64,000 nt of DNA from Klebsormidium nitens (lineage: Eukaryota > Plantae > Klebsormidiophyceae). Both the position numbers and the translations under genes were made by a program. The notes beneath the pieces were generated by a model. The model was given only the letters and a program-made list of their open reading frames with translations, made no database searches and was not told the origin of the DNA. Positions 49,315 through 61,561 of this stretch are shown one piece after another. Where the stretch lies: contig DF237157.1 of NCBI GenBank assembly GCA_000708835.1, positions 78,489-142,488 on the forward strand, written 5' to 3'. Numbering within the stretch: position 1 is the first letter of the stretch; every line of letters starts with the position of its first letter.

Positions 49315-50275
49315 GTACGCCTTTCATTGCTGCCAGCTAAACTTTCTGGCCCCTGACCGGTAGCAGGAACAGATGAAGTGGGATAGTCAACCTTGCCTCG
49401 CCTGATTTGCGTCTTCTTTTCGGGAAAGAAAGCCAAGTTGCGGCGAACGCACTTAATTTTATCCTGCCTAAGGAACCATTGCTCACGATAGTTGTCATAT
49501 TCAAAGCCTCCGAACTTCAGCTGTCGCTTGGGTCTCCTAAGAATGATGTTATTGGACATATCACCCGCCCTTGAAGGCAGCTATGCCTCGCCAGTAAATC
49601 GTCAAGTCTCTGCGGTTCTATTGTGCTGAAACGTTTCAGGGAGTTTACTTTTGAGTCTGACCGGCCAACATGAGCTCCCTCTAAACCCGGCACATATTTG
49701 TTTGCAAAGCTCGCTTGATTGCATCAGAGTTGCCCGCTGACTGATCTGTGTGTCTGGCAGGGCCGTCCTCGTCAAGAAACGGATACCCTTGCCTCGACAT
49801 ACATCCTCTCTCAAGCAGCTGGCGAGAGATTCCACCAATTGGATCCATTCGAAGTCTCTCCAGTTTTGGGTCATCAATGGACATACCGAAGGTAAAGTCC
49901 TAAAAAACGGATCAATTTGAAGTCAAGAGTGGACATTCAGTGCACATATAAACCTTTGTTGCAGAGCTCTTTAAGAGCCTGAGCAAGGTCCAGGACTTCC
50001 AGCATAGCGTACTGCAATGGCTATCGTTGCCAACCAGCAATGGGATTATTTGCTACCTTGCTGTATAGATCGATTTCAAGGTCCACATCTTGAAGTTCTG
50101 GACAACGCGTGTGATATCCATGCTGCCAGGCAAGCGCAAAGGCGGATCTCAAAACACGTAAATGAGAGCGGTCAGCATGAGGAGGATGACACCGTGAGAG
50201 GGCTTGCTTGTGTTGAGCCACGACACTTTCAACGCTGTCCTCTGCGAGAGCTGAATCTCAGATTTCTACCTGCAG

Positions 50276-50686
50276 CCAGCACGGTCACACTCCTCGAGGG
50301 GGTCCAACCGGAGTGTGGACGGTGCGAGGATGTTCAAGGTGAAGTTTCTGTGCAGTGCTGGGGGTGATATAAGATTTACGGATGGAGCATGGCGGTACGT
50401 GGGGGGCGAGACGCGCTTTTTCACAGTGAGCCGGGATATCACGTACTCGGAGCTCAGCTTCAACCTGACCAAGTACTGCGGCACAGAAATTGGCCTCAAA
50501 TACCAGCTACCCGACTCGAACCTCGACACGCTGGTGTTCCTGTCCAACGACCGAGACTTGAACCGCATGATGGAGGAGTATGATGAGAATGAGTGGACGT
50601 GGGCGGGCAAAGCGCAGCGGCTGCGGCTTTTTGTTTTCCCGGAATTGTCACTTCGTGGCAGCTTCGGCTCTCGGACACTTTGGTGA
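50276..50686 (+). CDS. Plant-type PB1 domain (terminal exon)
   Basis: Acceptor ctacctgcag|50276. The exon reads KVKFLCSAGG...RYVGGETRFFTVSRDITYSEL...LKYQLPDSNLDTLVFLSNDRDLNRMMEEYD...RLRLFVF, the plant octicosapeptide/PB1 signature. Confidence 0.9.
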   Translation, partial: PARSHSSRGSNRSVDGARMFKVKFLCSAGGDIRFTDGAWRYVGGETRFFTVSRDITYSELSFNLTKYCGTEIGLKYQLPDSNLDTLVFLSNDRDLNRMMEEYDENEWTWAGKAQRLRLFVFPELSLRGSFGSRTLW

Positions 50687-52145
50687 AGTCTGGTCACTTC
50701 GATGGCTCGTCTGCGATCCCTGCTTTTGAGTTCGAAGCTCTTCGTGTGCCAAGAGTGCATGCACTCAGGTCTTATGTACATCCACTTGCACTCCGTCCTT
50801 CGTACCACTTACCACTTCGACAACGTAGAGCAGCGCTTAAGTTCGGAACCGGCCCTCATGGTATGCTCAGCAAAGAGGGGGGGGGTGGGCAGTATAGAAC
50901 AATTGGACCCAGCAAAGCTTCATAGTTGGCCCGTCTGTCACGCTGTCTGAGGTCTTCAATCATGACATGAATCTAATGTGCTAACTTCGCTCCTCGGGCG
51001 GCTTGCAAGATGGAGTGCCCTTGAATCTGCTGATGCCAGACGGTACGGAATGCACTTATCAGTATAGATACAAGATCGAGCATGATTGCCCCGCTTGTGC
51101 CATGGCTGGTTGGCGAGTACAGTTTGCATATGATCTCACTAACCGACATTGACAATCGACTGCGTAATTTAGCGAGTGGCCGGGCCATGCAGTGTTAGTA
51201 TGTTGGAAGCTTATACTGTCCTGAGTGGCTTCATATTCTCCCGACCATGCAGGCCCCGAGTCCGCTGGCGGCCCGTGCGCATGTGATGCAGCCCACAAAA
51301 CAATGCTCCAGTATTTCTGTCTAGGGCGATCCGCGGCCTCGATGAGTCTTCGGAGGCAGTAACTGAGTACTATGAGTGGTTCCGAAAAATCTAGGTTGAA
51401 AATGCTAGCGCCAGAGTATCGCGTACCTTGATGCTATCATCCATGTGTGATCGTTGATCGAGACACATCATTACAGACGCGTTGGCAACTCCAGCACTGT
51501 CACCGACGGACTGTTTGCATGAGTTAAGGCCGGCTTCTGTTGCAACTTGGTTGTCTGACTCTAGCCTGGCGCAAATAAACACCGCGACGACGTCTGATTC
51601 CTAGCAATATCACCTTAACATGACTGTACATTTCTCAAACTAGACTACCAGGTGGGGTTCGTAGCACAATGTCATCTTTGGCACTCCCCGAAACTTAAGG
51701 TAATGTATTCCGAAGCAGCCCTAAGCGAAAGACTCGAGACTTGCGAGCCACCTTGACAAGCAGGCCACATGTCCTACATTAGAGGCATCTGGGCGCTTAG
51801 CAGATAAATCCTGCCTTCGCTTTTGCGTGTTTCCGCCCAATGGTGGAGGGGCTAACTGACCCGTCTTTATGCTACCTGTCATCAACATCCAACTCGCGTA
51901 CTGTGCTGCAACCTTCTCTTCAAGGCCGCCGCCCCGTCTGCGACCCTCGATACATCCTCCAAAACCTACCTCACCTTCGACAGACTCGTTATAGATGTTT
52001 TCGTTTAAGCTCGTCCATCATTTGCAAATGTCTTTCAACTCGACCCCCAATAAAAGGGTTTCCTTGACTAGTGCGATCCATAGCCTCACCTCTCCCCCTC
52101 TTTCCGTCAACCCCCCCGAATATCCACCACGCCCCTCTCTTCTCT

Positions 52146-55100
52146 CTATTTCTTCTTGGGAGGTGCCGTCCCCTCGGGTTTCAGGGGCGCCGGCGCCCCC
52201 GCCCCCATCTCCTTCATGATCTTCGCCCGCTCCTCCGCGCGCACCCGCTCCTCAAATGCGGCCTTGTCTTTCTCGTTGGCGTGGGCCTGAATCTCCAGGT
52301 CCTTGCGCAGCCCGCCATGGCCGCGGATCTGCAGCTCGCGCGCCTCCTGGCACAGCGCGCACGGGTGGCAGAAGCACGACGTGCGGCAGTCGTCCATCGG
52401 GGTTTCCTGTTAAAAGGGGAAGACATTGCCTCAGACACTTCTTCAATTAAGAGTATAATCTATCAAATGCACGGATCGTATGAAACGTCAGTTGCACGGA
52501 TTGTACGAGAAGGTGGCAGAAGCACGACGTGCGGCAGTCGTTCATTGGGCTCTCCTGTACGCATTAGCAACGGATTCGTTGACACAGTAGATCTTTCAAA
52601 ATGGTTATACAGTGAGTGTAAGGATCGTACGGATCTGTGGCAGAAGCACGACGTGCGGCAGTCGTCCATTGTGGTTCCCTGCGAGAATTCAAGGACACGG
52701 TTCCAATTCTAGCTGTTTCGAAAGTATCGACTAAAAGCGAGGGTTACACGAAAGGGTGGCAGGAACACGGCGGATGTCTGGGAAACTCTACTACAAGTAT
52801 GGCCTGAATGTACGGGATTTTCTGTCAACGATGTGAGAGAGATGACTTAAAAAACGCGATGAGGTTTGAGTAACAAACATCAACGCACGGATTGTACGAC
52901 AGGGTGGCAGAAGCACGCCGTGCGGCAGTCGTCTTTTGGAGGCTCTTGCACAAGCATACGAGGACGAATCCGGGATCAGTACAGTTCTTCATCAGAGCTT
53001 GATCGTCATTCCGATGTTGGCCCAGCAGTCATACGCAATCGGCGGCACGAGCGTGTCAGCAAACGCTGCGGGCCTCAGGAAGGAACGAGTGGCGATCTGG
53101 TGCCTTCACCGTAGGTTCTCAAACCCTCTAAACCTGGAGCATTGGGACATCGGAGTCAACTCTGACCCACCTTGAGGTTATACTTGGTCCGGATCTTGGT
53201 CCGATACTCGTACGCAACCAGCGGCGCGAGCGTGACGGCGGCTGCTGCGGGCCCCAGCAAGAAGCAGGTGATAATCTGGATCGCTCCTCCCAGAACGCAG
53301 TGGATGAGGCAGTTGGTGAAGAAACGGAAGCCGTCTTTGGTGCCCTCTCCAACAGTTTGGACAGCGCCACAGCAGCCCTGCGAAAGGAGGGACAGATCTT
53401 ATATTGAACCACGCGGCCAGTGCCAAAATAAAACTCGAAGAGACTGCTACTACGGGCTACTTGACTCAATCCGTTGCAACAAGAGATGAAAGCCGTTCTT
53501 GGTGCGATTGATCAAAATTCTGACTAGATTGCCAACGGTCTGAATCGCGCCGCAGCAGCCCTGCAACATTGGCAATAATCATCGTTTCCTTATTTTGGAC
53601 TCGGATTCGGCACGAAGATACTTACATTGTCCGCACTTGGCAAAAAGAGAATCGAGACTTTTGGTGTGATCCAACAACGAAACTTTGTCCCAGTAGGAAC
53701 AGAATCACCATTTCGTCTGAATCACCTCTTGGCAACGTGCCAACGTACATCTGTGCTAGAAAGTACTAGAAGCGAGTGGGCTGTAGGCGGTAGCGGCGTA
53801 GACGAGTGGGGGACTGGTCAAGAAGTATGGCATTTCTGCTCGGAATGGTACAACAATCACAGCAGAAAGAAGTAAAGTCGTCCCAGACTGTACTTTCATA
53901 GTCCTTCCAGCAATTTCTGGCTATGTAATCACTAGCTTCAGTAGTGCCTGGTGCCAAAGTGGCAGATTGTACGGTCTCACCTTGGTTGTAGGGGCACCGA
54001 CGATCTTGTCGTCCCAGTCCATGACCGTCATGGCGTTCTGGCCAAAGAGAACGCATGGAACCACGGTGCCGAGGACACCTGCAAAGTGCGCTCGCCAAAG
54101 TCAGGGGTTTCTTCGTGTCAATTGTTTGGACAGTACTTTCAAAGGCAACCTAAAGTCGCTCTTGACAGACTTTTCAACGACTTTGACACCCGTGCGAAGC
54201 TCCTTCCTCAGCCTTCGGGGCTATTTTGCACCATCACCAGGACCTGCCCGCTTGTGTTCTTAGTGCGGAGAGATTGTTGTTGTGCAGTCTCATGTTAGAA
54301 AGGCTATTAAACGCTTGAGCACAATCGGCTGTGACATGCTCAGGCATACTCTGCTGACCATATGCAGAGCCCAATGTCAAAGCTAAGTGGTTCATCAGAA
54401 CTGTCACATAGTGGGTGAGGAGATACTCAGATAGAAATGACTTAAAACTTGAAGAAGTAGGTAAAGACTGTCCTGTGCTTGACTCCAGGAAATGGAGCAC
54501 GCAAATTCAAAACTTTGACCGGTCAGTTTACCGTTCACAATTAACCGTTACAGTTGACCGTTTCAGACTGGCCGCGCAACTGAGAAATGTGACATCAGCC
54601 CTTCATCTGCAAATCAGGACACCGGCGCGCTCACAGATCTCAGTGTCGGCGCAGCAATCAAAAATGCCAGTCTTCCAGGGTTCGGGGGGGCCCCTCGGCC
54701 GGCGCAGTTTCGGCAACTCCTTTTCGATCTCCTTGATCTCATTCTCGAGCTCGAGGATGCGCTGGTCCCGGCGCTCTATCTCATGCGAAGAATTAGCGAC
54801 GGCCGACCTCAGATGCTCAATCTGCAGAGGAAGGCATGTTTTGAGATCCCGCTTGCATTTGAACCTGAGTTTGACCTTCAGTTTGGCTAAACACCTCATG
54901 AGCTCAAGCAGATACACGTCGAACATAGGACCAACCACACCTCGTCACAGCCCCTTCTTCAAAGGATCTGAAGCGCTTGTGCAAAGGAACTTTGACAGAG
55001 TCAAAATGGCCCAAGGTGTGCACAAATACTTTTGTTTCTGACACGAACAGAGACACGGTACAATACTCAACAAACACAGAAGCTGTCTTGCACACCAGGA

Positions 55101-55483
55101 GCTACTTGCAGTCTTCCTAAGCATCTGCACGTCAACATCATCTCCACGATGATACCACCGCCCGCCTGTATTTACCAACAACCGTCCAGTCCAGTCGTTG
55201 ACAACAATGCACATCTTTAGTAGCACATCACCAGAGAAGACGGGCAAATATATAATGCACATCTCTAAGTGCGCAATCTGCAATGAAGACCCTTAATCCT
55301 AGCACAAAGGCGCAGAAGTTGGAAAGGACAGTAAGAAGCATCCAGTAAAGGTCCAATCCGGACTCTCACCTCGGCCTCCAGCTCAGCAATTTTTTGGTCC
55401 CTGATTGGCCCATGGGGTACCTCAATCTGTGGGGGTGTGGGTGGGACCACCTGAGTGGCAACACCTGGTGTACCGACCGTCAT
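52146..55483 (-). CDS. PLAC8 (CNR/PCR family) protein with N- and C-terminal coiled coils
   Basis: Exons 55483-55370, 54821-54635, 54078-53981, 53377-53171 and 52406-52146. Motifs: PWKTGIFDCCADTEIC, PCVLFGQNA, YRTKIRTKYNL, DDCRTSCFCHPCALCQEAREL. Confidence 0.93.
52370..52950 (-). repeat. Five tandem copies (one real, four echoes) of the last-exon acceptor plus exon start in PLAC8
   Basis: The plus-strand motif ggtggcagaagcacgacgtgcggcagtcgt, or a degenerate form, occurs near 52365, 52512, 52637, 52755 and 52902. Confidence 0.93.
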
Positions 55484-58128
55484 GTTTGAAATTAAGGTTT
55501 GAAGCTCTCCGTTCAGACTCCCTCTCACTCCCTCCCCACTCAATCTTTGTCTTCAGACCCTTCAAGAAGAATGGATCATGCCTCTTTTCAGACCCCCTTA
55601 AGCCAGCCTCTTGCTAAGAGAAGGAACAACAGCAGCCTGCAGACAACAAGCCCACAATGGACAAATTCGAAGCTCTGAAGACGTCCAATGAATCTGCAGA
55701 GCTCGGCTCCGCTTGTTTCCTGCGCCTCAGATCTCAGATCTTGCAGCTAGCTGCTAGCTAGAGCCAAATGCAACAATTGCTGGAGGTCGCGGCCGCATGC
55801 GGCGGTGCGTGGTAACGGCAGTGTCGTTCGGTAATGGTAACAAACGCTGCATCATGGCCATCCAGCATTGAGAAGATTTGACTGGTCAGCGGCCGCACCC
55901 AACCTAGTTCAAGGAGTCAGCTCTGCACTTTGTGCGAGTCTGCATGGGCCAATCTACCTTAAAGTACGGTAGCTGCGTCACAAGCCTGGGCATCGAAACG
56001 TAGGATGCATGCATACAGGGCATGCATGAACTTTAGTTTTGACGGGCCGACATGCCAGATTCATGTGCTCGTGAAAATCTTATAGAAATTTACGTAGCGC
56101 ATCATAGTCAACTGGTGAAAGCGTGTACAGGTTCTTGAGCGACGAGCCACGTGCATGGGCCATGTGGCTTGATCGCTTCACACATGTTGCCCTCTTGTTC
56201 ACCAGCAAGCCGATCCGGTCTGATCCGATCCGATCCAAATACCTATATATATGTTTTGATTGTACTCCTAATCGCTTATGCGCCTACACTGCACGCAACT
56301 CCCCTATATCTCATGTTCAAGCTGTCGGTGCCTGAGACAAATATTGAATAAATATTCTGACATTGCTTACCATGATTGGATGCTGAGAAACTTAATTGAG
56401 AAACTCGATCGATTGCTTGTTAAGTCTCACACGTCGACTCCGGCCATATCGTTTGAATGAAAAGGAGTTCTAGAAATGGCATGATGTCAAGCTTGAAATG
56501 GACCTTAGCGATCAGCTTCTTCGACCTCTATATAGTATTTGCCTTCAATGTGATTGCCCTCTCATCAAGCGCAGCAGTGAATCAATGGCACTACCTACTG
56601 TTAACTTGAGACTCATTTCTAACTTTGCCCCGGATTGACCAGTTCAGTCGATCAATCTAATATCCTTAAATAAGCGCAACTCGGATGATATATCTGGATG
56701 TGTTTGGACGCTCCTTGCCGTTGCCCAAGCTCCGCAAAGCTGTTGACTACGACCAACCTCTCGTTCGTTTGTGCCATCGATTTCCAACTTCTCATGCAAC
56801 CAATGTCCGCCTCTTGCAACCACAAACGAACCAACCCCCTTTCAAAAACTTGTTTTAAAAATCGTTCTGCTGACAGATTAACGGATGCTGCTTTGTACAA
56901 CCCAGTACCGAATCTGAATGGGCACCGGAAAACACAGAATGTTGACGACCTCCCGCTATAGATCCGACAGCTGCACGTGCCCGTCTTTTGGGCCTTCTTC
57001 TTCGTTGTCGACCAACGTCTCATACGAAGCGCCCTGAAAGGAGCGATGATCGCTGTTTAAGGTATTTAACAAACTTTCCTAACTTCGGCTCTGAGGTCGA
57101 CACCATGCAAACTCCGTGTAGGAGAGCCCTCACTCATAAGAGCAACTTTGAGAATTACGCTTGACAATCTTTACCCACGCTTCCGGCTAAATACAAACAA
57201 AGTTCTATTCTGGTGGAACGTTCACTTCGGACCCGCTGCGTCTCCGAGATGACGGCCAACATTAAGGTGGGTCCGAAGACAACCTCGTGCAAGGTGCCGT
57301 CACAATCATGGTAGATCTGGAAAACACAAGGTGGGGAAAAAACTCTGCCAACGCCTTCAATTTTCGACGGAATGGAAAAGACCAGCGCCCTCAACAGAGC
57401 CAAAGACCAAACGGCACAAATTGCTTTGCTTCTCAATTTGAATGATATCTACCGAAGTGCACGAGAGCAAGTGCCGTCCCCTTCGTTGAAGCAGAGTTTT
57501 GATTAAGGATGCAGTGCGTTGGGATATTCGGCGGTGCCAGAATTATGGTACGAGAAAACAGTCTTGAAGAAGAAAGTCAGACACCCAAATTGTGTGAAAT
57601 CAATCACTCCAAGCTTGCTGCCTGAAATGGCATCTGTGGTACAGGATTAACGGCGTCCTTTCTGTATGCTTCCGGAAGAAGCTGAACCATCTGCCGATTG
57701 GGCTTCCGGGTCTCATGTCAACGGCGCAAACTTTCGCAAGAGAGAAGATACAGGACGATGCTTGACCGGTGAACGACTGATCAAGGCATGTGGCACGGAA
57801 AGAAACATACAGGCACAAGCGGCCCAAGGGAATCCCAGAAAAGGAAGAACGCGATTGTCAATACAGGCAGCACTGTCCCCTGGTCCTAAGACCTTCCCTC
57901 TTTGAAGTTCCTCTCACACCTTGACCTTGCAGTTTGCGTTTGCAAGAAAGACTCAGACTCGAGCCTTCGATGCGCCGCGTCTGCCTCGCTCCTTCATTGT
58001 CCCATCTTCAAACCTCGTTCTGCTCCATTTCAGAAATCGCCCATGCTTCACATTTCCTCCCCAGGTCACCTCCGACCAATGCACCGGCTTTGCAAAGAAC
58101 ACAACGTTCAAAGGCAGGTTGCTTTCGT

Positions 58129-59700
58129 TTAATCACACTGAGCCATGGACTGAACCTCTTCTGATACCGCAAGATTTTGAAACCGCTGTCTAGTTCCCCA
58201 GATCTGTCTTGACATCGTAACATTCATTTCGGCAAAAACCCATTTCGAGTTGAGTCTCACCTTGGGCTTGTAGATAGCATTTGCCACCGCAAACGCTGCG
58301 AGCGTGAGCATCAAGACGACTGCCACGTGGCAAGTAAAGAGCAGATTGGCGATTGCCTTGGCTCGGTGTGTCGCCATCTCGTCCTTACACGTGGTCGAGC
58401 CGTCCGTGCCGTTGGGCGCATCCGGCTCGTGATGGCACCCCAGGGGGATTGTGCCTGATAGGACGGTGGGGGTTATCAAGGGCCAAACGAGGGTTACTCC
58501 CGATCACGGCTTTCAGTCTTTGAAAGACACAAGGGAGGTGGCGAGAAGATCGTGTGCATGTTGAAGCAGACAGGGAAACCAAGTTTGAGTCATTTAAGAA
58601 GTATGGACCTGAAGTGTCGAGACTAAAATGAAGCGCTCGCAAGATGGAGATTGGCCTTGAAAAGGGACGGTGAGGAGGACGCAGAGAATGGGAAGGCAGG
58701 GCCGTGCTTCAAGTAAAGGACTGCACTCAAGGGCGGGAGTGAAGGACTCTTGTGATCAAAGCGGACAGACTCTTGGGAGTTCATGACACTTCATGACAGC
58801 CGCACTATGAGAGTGTGATGTCGTTGAAAACTTAGTTGAAATCAAATGTACAGAGACTAACTTTGTCATATCATTTGTAACTCAGAAGTGGTCCGTTTCT
58901 GATGTAATAAGGGGCCCCAGAATCTCTTGAAGCACAGAAACAAACACAAGATGCCGAGAAACTCCTGGAAGAGGACAGACGACCAACTACGTTCAGATTT
59001 TCAGGAAGCAGTTTGGCGTGAACAGCATAGGCGGTTTCATTCATACAGCACTGCAGAAGCGATCGCTTGACTGTAAACACATACCTGGGAAGAAGAGGGT
59101 GAAAGCCACCTGCAAGAACCATGTCCCTTGAAGCACGAGCGCCCCCGCTGCCGCAAGGTCCATTAAGAAGCTCCCGTTCTGCCATGTCAGCAGCCAAGAG
59201 AGCGCCATACAGGCGAATATGGGGATGGTCAACAGGGTATGTACTTGCGATTCCAGCCCTTCATGATTGGCCGAGTGGAAATGGAAGAGAAGAAACTCTA
59301 TCAAGAAGCAAAACCCTGCGACTCCGTGTAGCGCTCCTCGGGGGAGGGGGAGGAGGTTCGTAGACTCGGAGAGTAATGTTGCAAGAGCGAAGATCAAGAA
59401 AACGAAGAGCATTGCAGAGTGCTCGTAGTCGTTGAGAAGCGACATCGGGATGTTCCCGTGTTTGTCCAGTGGGCGGAAGTCGGTGGAGAGGAACAGCTCA
59501 AAGAATATGTCGAAAAGCGTCGCGAGAATGATGAGGTACAATTCGAAGAATTTCAAGAACCCGGGGCCCTGGTGGTAGACCTTCGCGACGTAGCGTAAGC
59601 CGTCCGCTCGGGCATACCTTACGACGCAGGAAAACAAGTGCCAGAGGCCTACGGCGAGAAAGAAGCCGCCAGGGAGGCAGTGGCCTAGGAATGTTCCCAT
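58129..59700 (-). CDS. DUF716 / TMEM45-like multi-pass membrane protein
   Basis: Exons 59700-59085 and 58454-58261, then probably 58185-58129. Motifs: MGTFLGHCLPGGFFLAVGLWHL, DYEHSAM, EFLLFHFHS, GLESQVHTLL, VLQGTWFLQVAFTLF, AKAIANLLF. Confidence 0.92.
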
Positions 59701-61561
59701 TGGGAAGGGGGAGTTTTACCACTGGGCTGAGTACTTTCTACGAAGGTGGTGTGAACAGGCTTACAGTCGAGCTTCTGGGGGCGACAGATCTAAGAGTCAA
59801 GTAGGCAAGTTGTTTAAATTGCTGGAGCGCCGATAAGTTTCAGAGAAACTGGCCCTTTCCGAAGGAAGTGCTAAATGGACAATTCAATTTCCAACATGCC
59901 TACTGCAGCCGAGTGCTCTTCTTGAAATCCACACGACGTGGAAAAGCAATGTACCCCCAACTCTAGGCCTGCGCTGGTCTAGGGAAGCTTCCGGCTCAGC
60001 TAGCAACATAGCAAAACACTTAACAGCTAGCTTGTCAGGGGTCTCAACGCCAGATTCAACGTCTAGTTGATCGGGAACAACGGGGTAAGGTCTTCTAGAA
60101 GGGCCCAACACAGTGAGGCCTTTTCATTCCTTTTTGTCTCGCACTGTATAGAACCGGCTGTTGAGGACAGCAAGGGATCCCCCAAAAACGAAGCTCAGAT
60201 TCCCTGCTTCTACTGCCTCCAGCTAGCTCTCTGCGGACCAGGCAAAATGCGGGAAGGGTATAGGAAGGCAAATCTTTCAATACACGCTGTCCAGCTTGTG
60301 CGGCGGGCAACTTTTGCTTAAGGCTTCAAGTCTCGTAGCTCCCAATGCTGACAAACTTCAAGCTGTCACTTTCACAAATTCGATTTCACGCCCTAAAAGT
60401 GAATCTTCTAAGTGAGATCTCTAATGTACAGTGGAACGTGGCGGACCCACCCATGCCGGTGCTGATAAAATTGCCCCGAAGGTTTGAGAGATCTGAAGCT
60501 AGGGGCATGGCATTGCTGGCACTCGCTGTGGGGGATGCGCTGAAGCAAAGGCGCAGACTACTTCCGCCCTGACCACACCAACTCTCCACATACCTGATCA
60601 CAGAGCTTGAAGTTGCAGTCCTGCCCCCATCTTGCATGACCGCCTCTGCAGAGAATCCTGAGTTCGTGACATCATCCAATCATGTCAGCATTTGCGCAAT
60701 TATATAAAGGAACCTTCTCTGCAGATTCAAGACTAGCATGAGGAGATGGATCGAAAGCTGTTCATATAAGTACCGAGCTACAACGTTTACCATGATGGAG
60801 TGACCGTGACCGTACTCGATCATCGTCTACCTAGTACCATGAGAGACTGAGCGCGCTGAGTGCGCGCACTAAGTCTGAAGACTACGCCATTGCATGACAT
60901 GTGACACATGATCAACAGCCATTCCGATTCGCATATCCTAGCTGGCACTGGCAGGGTCAGAGCTGGCCGAACGCAAAATGCAGCGTCCCTGTGTTGGTGG
61001 GCATAGCATTTTATCGTTCGAAAGGTCTTATTGGGGTGCAACGTGCTGATGTTGCAGAGGCCCAGATACATGTGTTTCTGAGGTGAGATTACGCTCTCCA
61101 CCGAGCAAAGCGTGCAATGCAAAAGCAGTTTCTGAAACCATTTAATGAGGACTAGGATGCGTTTTGAAAATGTCACACTGCATTGCAGCCTCTCAATACC
61201 CCACAAAAAGCCACGAGCTATCCAGACCGTTTGAAAGTCTTGTTCAATTTACGCGATCGTGCTCGTTAAGGTCGCAAATCTTCCAGCATTGGATAAAGCA
61301 GTCTGCGACAATGAGCTGACTGATAGACTTGTTTGCAAGACGGAGGCAGTTCTTATGGTGCCCTGACACAAATGAAAGCATGTCATCGATCCTGCTTGAG
61401 ATCAACTTTCTGTTTCTCTGTGTTGAGAGCTCCCTTTTGGACTGCTCCGGGGTACTTTGGCCGCACTGCTGATCGAACACAATTGCAAAGCAGTTGTTCT
61501 TGCTGATGCATCATCTCAAGAAAATTCTCTTCATCCGTTCTGCAGAGACATATAGACCAGG

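Noticed and set aside
52370-52950. Regularly spaced ~30-nt direct repeats resembling a CRISPR array
   Set aside because: The context is eukaryotic, the repeat is PLAC8 coding sequence plus splice acceptor, the spacers are partly homologous to each other, and there are no cas genes.
56209-56237. gatcc micro-repeat
   Set aside because: An ordinary short simple repeat with no functional context.
60386-60679. 97-aa minus-strand ORF upstream of DUF716
   Set aside because: No domain or coding signal could be confirmed; it may be UTR or uORF sequence.
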